Below, piece after piece: positions 1-6,742 of a stretch of DNA of 28,920 bases. The notes beneath the pieces were generated by a model. That model did no database searches. It was not told the DNA's origin and saw nothing but the letters and a program-made list of their open reading frames with translations. The stretch's first letter is position 1, and every line of letters begins with the position of its first letter. The DNA is from a virus. Taxonomy: Duplodnaviria; Caudoviricetes. The translations under genes were made by a program, and so were the position numbers. The DNA lies in the IMG/VR virus record IMGVR_UViG_3300030330_002493, positions 1 to 28,920 of that record, one strand, 5' to 3'.

Positions 1-1
1 T

Positions 2-1615
2 CTCAATATCAGACATTTAGATACTGACGGCGGTAATGCCGAAACAATGATAAAAGCTGTTGGTGATGGAGCGGTATATCTTTATTACGACAATAGCCAA
101 AAACTCATAACCAAATCAGACGGCATCGACGTAACTGGTGAAGTTCAATGTGACTCACTTGATGTTGATGGCAATGCTGATTTTGGTGGTGGCAAAATTA
201 ACTTTAACAACGGCGGCAATGTCTTGGATTTTGCTGACAACGTAGCCGCTCGATTTGGCACTGGGGATGATCTGCAAATTTATCACGACAGCAATAACTC
301 ATACATTAAAGATGTTGGAGCTGGATCGCTAAAAATACGGGGGACAAATCTTTTTCTTGAGTCAGCAGCAGGTGAAACCTACATATATTGTACTGCTGAT
401 GGGAGCACTAAAGTTTATCACAACAACAGCAAAAAGTTTGAAACCAAATCAGACGGCGTAGACATCACTGGCGAGCTGCAATGCGACAGCTTGGATGTTG
501 ATGGCGCGGCTGATATTACTGGAAATGTCGTTCTACATAATCACCTAGATCTCTACGATAACAATCACATTCGTCTTGGCAATGGAGATGACCTGAAGAT
601 TTATCACGATGGTTCTAACAGTTACGTTAAAGACGCAGGCACAGGCTCTCTTAAAATCCTGTCAAATCAATTCGAAGTCAAAAACGCAGCTGACAACGAG
701 ATGATGATCCGTGCGGATCAGGACGGCGAGGTTAATCTCTACCACAATGGTTCAGGCAAGCTAAACACTAAATCGGACGGCGTAGATATTACCGGCGAAC
801 TTCAGTGCGACAGCCTGGATGTTGATGGTGACGTTGATATTGACGGCAACGTTAATTTTGCTGGAAGTCATCATTACTTCTCTACCTCAAGCTCTTCCAA
901 CGCTTCACTCACACTAAAGAAAACGGCTGGTGGCGCTGATTCTATTGATTATCTACAATGTAGAAGCAATTCAAATGCGCTTAAGGCAAAAATTGGAGGC
1001 AATGGTGAAGTTGAGTGCTTGTCGCTAGATGTTAATGGTGGCATGGATGTTACTGGAACTGCCACGTTCCACAACAACATGCATTTACATGACAATGACC
1101 AATTTTATATTGGCACTGGCTTTGACCTAGAAATTTATCACAACGGCAGTAATTCTTTTGTTGAAACATCTACCAATAGCGCGGGAGATCTTTATATTAG
1201 ATCTCAAGGCACAAACCACGACCTATACCTTCAAGCCGCAGATGACATTTTTATTCGTCCCGAAAATGGCGAAAATGGCATTGTCGTTAGTGGTAATGGT
1301 GGAGTAGAGCTTTTTCATAACAACTCACTGCGTTTTGAGACAAACGCCACTGCTACAACAATGCGTGGTGGCGGTGAACATAGATGCGAAGGTCACTTCC
1401 GACCGTGGGCACACAACACCTACGACCTTGGAACGAGTAGCGACCGTTGGCGCAACGTCTACACAAACGACTTGCACTTAAGCAATGAGGGCAGCACCAA
1501 CGATGTTGATGGAACGTGGGGTGATTATACAATTCAAGAGGGTGAGGATGATTTGTTCTTGATAAATAGGAGAAATGGTAAAAAATACAAATTCAATCTA
1601 ACTGAGGTGTCATAA
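2..1615 (+). CDS. Phage tail fibre protein, C-terminal part (5' end outside the window)
   Basis: The frame is open from nt 2 through the ATG at 47. It contains ~110-aa internal repeats (TKSDGVDITGELQCDSLDVDG...DDLxIYHD) and ends in YDLGTSSDRWRNVYTNDLHLSN...WGDYTIQEGEDDLFLINRRNGKKYKFNL, a C-terminus I recognise from cyanophage fibres. Confidence 0.8.
   Translation, partial: LNIRHLDTDGGNAETMIKAVGDGAVYLYYDNSQKLITKSDGIDVTGEVQCDSLDVDGNADFGGGKINFNNGGNVLDFADNVAARFGTGDDLQIYHDSNNSYIKDVGAGSLKIRGTNLFLESAAGETYIYCTADGSTKVYHNNSKKFETKSDGVDITGELQCDSLDVDGAADITGNVVLHNHLDLYDNNHIRLGNGDDLKIYHDGSNSYVKDAGTGSLKILSNQFEVKNAADNEMMIRADQDGEVNLYHNGSGKLNTKSDGVDITGELQCDSLDVDGDVDIDGNVNFAGSHHYFSTSSSSNASLTLKKTAGGADSIDYLQCRSNSNALKAKIGGNGEVECLSLDVNGGMDVTGTATFHNNMHLHDNDQFYIGTGFDLEIYHNGSNSFVETSTNSAGDLYIRSQGTNHDLYLQAADDIFIRPENGENGIVVSGNGGVELFHNNSLRFETNATATTMRGGGEHRCEGHFRPWAHNTYDLGTSSDRWRNVYTNDLHLSNEGSTNDVDGTWGDYTIQEGEDDLFLINRRNGKKYKFNLTEVS
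110..830 (+). repeat. Three intragenic repeat units of the tail fibre
   Basis: TKSDG.D.TGE.QCDSLDVDG begins at nt 110, 443 and 767 (spacing 333 and 324 nt). A degenerate fourth copy (GEVECLSLDVNG) lies near nt 1005. Confidence 0.9.
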
Positions 1616-2109
1616 TGGCCGTCATTGGAAACAACAATCTAATAAGTATGTGGTATACGGAGACTGATGGATGGTATAACAGATCCAGTAATTCTTGGGG
1701 TGAAATTCACAGTTCCTATAGAGTTACAGTTTCACCAAAAAGAAGTGATAGTAAACTTGTATTTGAATGTAGTTTACCAAATCAGACTGTTACTCATCAT
1801 GCATTAAATCATTATAGAATATATAATGTTACTGATAGTGCAGTTGTAAACGAACCACAACTACCTAGTGGGCAAACTAGATCAAGAGATCATGCTACTA
1901 GTAGAGGTCAATACAATGGTGATAATGCTACTGTCGTAAATATAAGAACTGTTGGTGACTCTTTTAGTGGAACAAAGGTGTTCACAATACAAAGTCACAG
2001 TTGGAATAATGATACTACAAGACATAATCACAGTAATGGTAATTCCAACTTTGATGTTCATTGGTCATCTAATATGGTTTTCATAGTATACGAACTTGAG
2101 GACATTTAA
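1615..2109 (+). CDS. Hypothetical tail-fibre-associated protein (164 aa)
   Basis: Coupled to the fibre gene by a TAATG overlap. Beta-rich, Asn/Ser/His-rich sequence located between the fibre and the chaperone. Confidence 0.6.
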   Translation: MAVIGNNNLISMWYTETDGWYNRSSNSWGEIHSSYRVTVSPKRSDSKLVFECSLPNQTVTHHALNHYRIYNVTDSAVVNEPQLPSGQTRSRDHATSRGQYNGDNATVVNIRTVGDSFSGTKVFTIQSHSWNNDTTRHNHSNGNSNFDVHWSSNMVFIVYELEDI

Positions 2110-2111
2110 AC

Positions 2112-2495
2112 ATGCTTTCTACATATTTTAACAACATAGATGATGCGATTAGAACTTTTACGCAAGAAGGATATAGTCGTGAGGTAACAAAACACGGTAT
2201 AGGAAATATTATATGGGATAATCCGAGTGCATCAGGACTACCTACAAATGATCAAATTATAACTAAAGCAAAAGAATTGTCTGTGAATAATGCAGTCAAT
2301 GCTATGAGACAGACAAGAAATATGATTTTACAAGAAACGGATTGGATGGCTAATTCTGATGTTACAATGTCTGATGATTGGAAAAAATACCGACAAGATC
2401 TTAGAGATATTACTGATACAGTTACAGACGATGAGATTAGATATGCCATGGGAGATGATATAAATCATTCCAATTGGCCCACTAAACCTTCATAA
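2112..2495 (+). CDS. Phage tail-fibre assembly chaperone-like protein
   Basis: Has the pattern RQTRNMILQETDW...WKKYRQDLRDIT...WPTKP typical of phage tail assembly chaperones. Confidence 0.75.
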   Translation: MLSTYFNNIDDAIRTFTQEGYSREVTKHGIGNIIWDNPSASGLPTNDQIITKAKELSVNNAVNAMRQTRNMILQETDWMANSDVTMSDDWKKYRQDLRDITDTVTDDEIRYAMGDDINHSNWPTKPS

Positions 2496-2498
2496 ATA
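2491..2498 (+). promoter_or_regulatory. T4-type late promoter
   Basis: CATAAATA, 16 nt before the ATG at 2515. Confidence 0.65.
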
Positions 2499-2514
2499 CA
2501 AATAAAAGTAGATA

Positions 2515-4152
2515 ATGGCAATTAATTTCCCGAATAGTCCTTCTACTAACGACACTTTTGTTGCTGCCGGTTCAAGGTGGTTATGGAATGGAACTGCTTG
2601 GGTGAGACAAGGAACACCAGGGTCTCAAGGTTTTCAGGGTGCTACTGGTGCCACTGGACCTCAAGGTAACCAAGGTGTCCAAGGTGCTACTGGTTCTACT
2701 GGACCTACAGGTCCTCAAGGTGTTCAGGGTGCTCAAGGTCATCAAGGTGTTCAGGGTGACACAGGTTCTACTGGTCCTACAGGTGGCACTGGTCCTCAAG
2801 GTGTTCAAGGTGCTACAGGTTCAACAGGTGGCACTGGTCCTCAAGGTGTTCAAGGTGCTACGGGACCAGGTGGTCCTGGTGGTGGAACGGGTCCTCAAGG
2901 TGCACAAGGTCGTCAAGGTGCTACAGGTTCAACAGGTGGCACAGGTCCACAAGGTGTACAAGGTGCTTCAGGCGCAGTCGTAGGTGGATCATCAAATCAA
3001 GTTGTCTACAAAAATGGATCCAATGTCACTGATGGTGATGCTGGATTTACATTTAATGAATCAACCAACATACTACAATTAGGTGATCAACACCGTTTTG
3101 GTTTAGGAACTTTTTCTACAACAGAAAGAAATGCACTCAGTAGTGTTGCTACAGGGACATTAATTTATAATGAAACTTTAGGAGAAGTTCAAGTTTACAA
3201 TGGATCTTCTTGGGATCAACTTTCAAATCTATTCGCAGCTACAGGTGGCACGAAGAGTACAACATCAAGAAGTGGATATGCAGTTCATACATTCACTGGA
3301 TCTGGGTCTTTGGATGTTACAGGTGGAACAGCAACAGTAGAATATTTGGTTCAGGGTGCTGGAGGTTCCGGAGGAGGACGTGGAGGAAGGGATGGATCTG
3401 GTGGTGGAGGAGCTGGTGCTTTAAAATTTGGAACAGTAACACTAAGTCCTGGATCATATACAGTAACAATTGCCGGAGGTGCCGGAGGTACAGGATCAGG
3501 AACCAAAGGTGGAACTGCTGGACAGACCACTTTTGCAGCACCATCATCTGTTATAAGTAATGGTGGCGGTGGTGGAGGTTCTGAAGGTTCAAACCCTAAC
3601 CGATCTGGTGCGCCTGGTGGATGTGGTGGCGGAGCTGGTGGATATTCTTCGACTTGGACTGGTGGATCCGCCACCGGTAGCACTGGTGGAACCAATAATT
3701 CTAATTCTCCTGGATCTGGTTGGGGTAATCCTGGTGGTAATAATAGTTATAGTAGTGGTGACAACGGTGGAGGTGGCGGTGGTGGCGGCACTAAGAATCC
3801 AGGTCAACCTGGAAAACAAGGAACCAGTCTTCCTACACAATTTGCTATGACTTCTCAGTCTGGTAATGGTGGTAATGGATTACAATATAGTATTACTGGA
3901 AGTGGCACCTATTATGGTGGTGGAGGTGGATGTGGAGGAAATGCTCACCCAGGGTCTAATAATAATCCTGGTGCCTATGGTGGCCAAGGTGGCGGCGGTA
4001 ATGGTGGCGGCGGACCTCTTGGACAAGCAACTTCTGGTACAGCAAACCGTGGTGGTGGCGGCGGTGGTGCCGCTGCTAATGACTCTCCTACTTCTCCTCA
4101 TAATTCAGGTAATGGAGGTTCGGGAGTTGTTATTATCGCTTATCAAATTTAA
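2515..4152 (+). CDS. Collagen-repeat / glycine-rich virion fibre protein (545 aa)
   Basis: N-terminus [18 protein letters not shown], about 40 Gly-X-Y triplets, a TTERNAL..GTLIYN..YNGSSW module, and a Gly-rich C-domain ending [10 protein letters not shown]. Confidence 0.8.
   Translation: MAINFPNSPSTNDTFVAAGSRWLWNGTAWVRQGTPGSQGFQGATGATGPQGNQGVQGATGSTGPTGPQGVQGAQGHQGVQGDTGSTGPTGGTGPQGVQGATGSTGGTGPQGVQGATGPGGPGGGTGPQGAQGRQGATGSTGGTGPQGVQGASGAVVGGSSNQVVYKNGSNVTDGDAGFTFNESTNILQLGDQHRFGLGTFSTTERNALSSVATGTLIYNETLGEVQVYNGSSWDQLSNLFAATGGTKSTTSRSGYAVHTFTGSGSLDVTGGTATVEYLVQGAGGSGGGRGGRDGSGGGGAGALKFGTVTLSPGSYTVTIAGGAGGTGSGTKGGTAGQTTFAAPSSVISNGGGGGGSEGSNPNRSGAPGGCGGGAGGYSSTWTGGSATGSTGGTNNSNSPGSGWGNPGGNNSYSSGDNGGGGGGGGTKNPGQPGKQGTSLPTQFAMTSQSGNGGNGLQYSITGSGTYYGGGGGCGGNAHPGSNNNPGAYGGQGGGGNGGGGPLGQATSGTANRGGGGGGAAANDSPTSPHNSGNGGSGVVIIAYQI
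2611..2975 (+). repeat. Collagen-like (Gly-X-Y)n coding repeat
   Basis: Continuous GXY triplets. An exact 38-nt duplicate (acaggtggcactggtcctcaaggtgttcaaggtgctac) occurs at 2779 and 2824, a period of 45 nt. Confidence 0.9.
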
Positions 4153-4184
4153 ATAACCAATTTATAAATTATTAAAAACTCAAC

Positions 4185-4640
4185 ATGGCACATTTTGCAG
4201 AAATAGGAATAGATAATGTAGTCACCAATGTCTTGGTATTGGACACTATTAAAAGTATGACAGTTGGTGGTATTGAAAGAGAAGACATTGGTGTTTCTTT
4301 TTTAGCAGAAACTACTGGTCATAAGAATTGGAAAAAGTGCTCATACAACACTTCTAGAGGTGTTCATCTAAATGGTGGAACTCCCCTTCGTGCTAACTAT
4401 CCCTCTATTGGTTGGATTTACAATTCCACTCATGATATTTTTCATTCACCAAGACCAACTGATAATGATGGTGATTTAATGAATTCTCATACACTGAATA
4501 CCACAACTGGTATGTGGGATTGTCCAATCACTGAACCTACTCTGACTGATGAACAGAGAGCAGCAGGTTCATATTACATTTGGGATGAATCTTTATATCA
4601 ATCTGATAACACACAAGGGTGGGTTCTAGATACCCCTTGA
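4185..4640 (+). CDS. Hypothetical phage protein accompanying the Gly-rich fibre
   Basis: MAHFAEI...WKKCSYN...RANYPSIG..Y...DIF pattern, of a type commonly found downstream of Gly-rich fibre genes. Confidence 0.7.
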   Translation: MAHFAEIGIDNVVTNVLVLDTIKSMTVGGIEREDIGVSFLAETTGHKNWKKCSYNTSRGVHLNGGTPLRANYPSIGWIYNSTHDIFHSPRPTDNDGDLMNSHTLNTTTGMWDCPITEPTLTDEQRAAGSYYIWDESLYQSDNTQGWVLDTP

Positions 4641-4665
4641 CGCCCTGGTGCTGATGCCTTATACT
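4637..4665 (+). promoter_or_regulatory. Sigma70-like promoter for the tRNA island
   Basis: TTGACG-17 nt-TATACT. Confidence 0.7.
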
Positions 4666-4690
4666 ACGGGGGTCAGCAACGGAGCAATCC

Positions 4691-4888
4691 ATGAACGCCG
4701 AAACCTATGTTGAGAGTGTCGTCATCGACATCTGTAGCAGGTCTTTCCTCATTACTAGTGACAATAACGATGAGCGTGTGGTAGAATGTGACAGTGCAGA
4801 AGAATTTATGAACGTCCTTGAGGTTTGCACCGCTCACCTTGAGGAAGATCAGATTCTATATACAGGACCGGTAACTTTGGAATCTTGA
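4691..4888 (+). CDS. Hypothetical protein (65 aa)
   Basis: GGAG SD upstream, follows the promoter, and overlaps the next ORF via TGATG. Confidence 0.7.
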   Translation: MNAETYVESVVIDICSRSFLITSDNNDERVVECDSAEEFMNVLEVCTAHLEEDQILYTGPVTLES

Positions 4889-5064
4889 TGGAAGTATTTA
4901 CGCTAAAGGAATGGGAAGAGAACTTTGATGAACTCTACGCAAGGGTAGAACAGGGTGAATCTATCGGAATAGTCAGAGAGGATGGCACAGCAGCAGTGAT
5001 GATGCCTGCCGATGATGCAGAGTTTCTGCGAATACACACAACCGACAACAACGACGCTGATTGA
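4888..5064 (+). CDS. Phd/YefM antitoxin-like small protein (58 aa, not in the ORF track)
   Basis: Translates to MEVFTLKEWEENFDELYARVEQGESIGIVREDGTAAVMMPADDAEFLRIHTTDNNDAD, which matches the Phd N-terminal pattern by eye. Confidence 0.6.
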   Translation: MEVFTLKEWEENFDELYARVEQGESIGIVREDGTAAVMMPADDAEFLRIHTTDNNDAD

Positions 5065-5071
5065 TGTATTC

Positions 5072-5143
5072 GGGAATGTTGCTTATTGGTTAAAGCCCTC
5101 TGCTTATAACGGAGTGAATCGGGTTCAATTCCCGGCATTCCTA
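5072..5143 (+). tRNA. tRNA-Ile (anticodon TAT)
   Basis: Acceptor GGGAATG/CATTCCT, anticodon arm CTCTG-CT TAT AA-CGGAG, T arm TCGGG-TTCAATT-CCCGG. No encoded CCA. Confidence 0.88.
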
Positions 5144-5157
5144 TTACCTTGTTCATC

Positions 5158-5718
5158 ATGAAAACTAATCTTTTATTTCCCAATCATTTTTATTGGCACT
5201 TCAAGGCACCAAATGCTGAGGAGTTGATTTCTGCTCTAAACAAAGAAACTGCTGATATTGATAACTCACAATTTGATTGGTCAGACCTATGTGATGTTGA
5301 CAAAATCCCACTTTCGTGGGATGATTACATCGATCTCATAACTCCTAGTCTGAATCACATCTCTGGGAATTTAAGTAAAACCTTCCAAACCAATATATGC
5401 AATCCATGGATTAATCTGTATAAACCTGGACAGTTTCAAGAAATGCATGATCACCCTGGATATGATCTTGTATGTGTATTTTTTGTGAACAGTGGTGAAA
5501 ACTTTTCTAAGTTTTATTTTGCAGATCGTAACGCAATCACCATTCCTGTCTCTATGGTTCATCTTCTTGATCTGAAGAGTTATCAGTATGTTGATTACGA
5601 GGCGGGTGATATTTTATTCTTTCCCGCTCAAATGATGCATGGAGTAACTAAACATAAATCTAAGATTATCAGAAAATCTTTCTCATGTAATCTTAAACTT
5701 ATACCACAGCTTCCTTAG
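5158..5718 (+). CDS. Putative 2OG-Fe(II) oxygenase
   Basis: WINLY...QEMHDH...GDILFFP..MHGV...RKSFSCN. The ATG at 5158 is preferred over the TTG at 5149. Confidence 0.75.
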   Translation: MKTNLLFPNHFYWHFKAPNAEELISALNKETADIDNSQFDWSDLCDVDKIPLSWDDYIDLITPSLNHISGNLSKTFQTNICNPWINLYKPGQFQEMHDHPGYDLVCVFFVNSGENFSKFYFADRNAITIPVSMVHLLDLKSYQYVDYEAGDILFFPAQMMHGVTKHKSKIIRKSFSCNLKLIPQLP

Positions 5719-5781
5719 CAATCTGGTGAATGCAGCAAACTCATAATTTGCCTAAGGAGAGTTCGATCCTCTCAGGAAGCA
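5709..5781 (+). tRNA. tRNA with CAT anticodon (elongator Met, or possibly Ile2)
   Basis: Acceptor GCTTCCT/AGGAAGC, anticodon arm GCAAA-CT CAT AA-TTTGC, T arm GAGAG-TTCGATC-CTCTC. G1-C72 is paired, so it is not initiator-type. Confidence 0.88.
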
Positions 5782-5786
5782 CCTAC

Positions 5787-5871
5787 GTCACCTTGCCGGA
5801 ATTGGTCTACGGAACGAACTTAAAATTCGTCGGGCGTTACGCCCTTGCGGGTTCAAGTCCCGCAGGTGACA
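5787..5871 (+). tRNA. tRNA-Leu (anticodon TAA)
   Basis: Acceptor GTCACCT/AGGTGAC, anticodon arm ACGAA-CT TAA AA-TTCGT, long variable arm GGGCG-TTA-CGCCC, T arm GCGGG-TTCAAGT-CCCGC. Confidence 0.9.
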
Positions 5872-5878
5872 CTTAAAA

Positions 5879-5913
5879 GGTAAAGATACATAAATAATAA
5901 GTGTGCCTTTACC
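5879..5913 (+). promoter_or_regulatory. Late promoter (CATAAATA, 5889-5896) inside an inverted repeat upstream of the HNH gene
   Basis: GGTAAAG (5879-5885) pairs with CTTTACC (5907-5913), with an inner TACA/TGTG pairing. The ATG is at 5917. Confidence 0.7.
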
Positions 5914-5916
5914 GTT

Positions 5917-6378
5917 ATGCCGAAACCTAGAACTTATACTGACGAGCAATTTATAGAAGCGGTAAAAACTTCTATGAGTTATAGACAAGTTTTATATAAA
6001 CTTGGTTTAAAGCAAGCTGGTGGAAATTATGCGGTAATGAAAAACCGTATAAAAGATATGGGATTAGATACTTCCCATATGACTGGTCAAGCACACTTAA
6101 AAGGCAAGACGCACACACATAATAAAAGACCTATAGAAGAATTATTGGTAGAAAATTCCAACTATCAATCACATAAACTCAAACTACGCTTAATATCAGA
6201 AGGTCTTAAACAGCACAAGTGTGAGTGTTGTGGTATAACTGAATGGAATGGGCAACCAGCACCAATAGAACTTGACCACATTGATGGAAATAGGCACAAT
6301 AACACTATAGAAAACCTCCGTATTTTGTGTCCCAACTGTCATGCACAGACCGATACTTATAGAGGTAAGAATAAATAA
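5917..6378 (+). CDS. HNH endonuclease (putative free-standing homing endonuclease)
   Basis: CECCG...IELDHIDGNRHNNTIENLRILCPNCH, a zinc-finger HNH, with an N-terminal helical DNA-binding-like region. Confidence 0.9.
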   Translation: MPKPRTYTDEQFIEAVKTSMSYRQVLYKLGLKQAGGNYAVMKNRIKDMGLDTSHMTGQAHLKGKTHTHNKRPIEELLVENSNYQSHKLKLRLISEGLKQHKCECCGITEWNGQPAPIELDHIDGNRHNNTIENLRILCPNCHAQTDTYRGKNK

Positions 6379-6395
6379 GACAAAGCGTGGTGCTT

Positions 6396-6707
6396 ATGTC
6401 TTTTAAGATTAAACGTCAATATTGTTGGTTCAATAAGGGGAGTGTGATTGTTAGGATGTATTTCCTAAATCACATTCCCTTTACTTTTGACGACTTGCCT
6501 GAAGGTCATTTGTATGATAGAGATCTTGTAGACATTGCCGACAAGAATAAGAGATATGAGATGGAGGATGTTTTTGTTGGTTCACAATATTTGTTGATGG
6601 AAGCAGCACATCCTTGCTTCGACAACATTGATATCGAGAATCCCGAAGAACTTCCAGAAGACTTGGAAGAATACTTCAACTATGATGAGGAAGATTTGAG
6701 GGGATAA
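6396..6707 (+). CDS. Hypothetical protein
   Basis: Acidic ORF with AATAAATA (6370-6377) upstream. The ATG at 6396 is preferred over the GTG at 6387. Confidence 0.65.
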   Translation: MSFKIKRQYCWFNKGSVIVRMYFLNHIPFTFDDLPEGHLYDRDLVDIADKNKRYEMEDVFVGSQYLLMEAAHPCFDNIDIENPEELPEDLEEYFNYDEEDLRG

Positions 6708-6710
6708 ATA
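6703..6710 (+). promoter_or_regulatory. T4-type late promoter
   Basis: GATAAATA upstream of the 1794-aa gene. Confidence 0.65.
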
Positions 6711-6742
6711 GAACATAGAATTGTACTGGCTGACATAATCCG

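Noticed and set aside
2-2109. Diversity-generating retroelement acting on the fibre genes
   Set aside because: There is no reverse transcriptase in the window, and the repeat differences are synonymous rather than adenine-specific.
2611-2975. Periodic repeats resembling a CRISPR array
   Set aside because: They are in-frame collagen repeats with no unique spacers and no cas genes.
2581-4156. Many alternative-frame and antisense ORFs over the collagen/Gly-rich gene
   Set aside because: These are shadows of low-complexity GGN codon runs, with no independent signals.
4935-5183. Minus-strand 82-aa ORF (and the similar 5788..5988 ORF)
   Set aside because: They overlap clear tRNAs and better + strand ORFs.
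5787-6378. Group I intron in tRNA-Leu(UAA) carrying the HNH
   Set aside because: The tRNA is contiguous and complete, and the HNH lies outside it.
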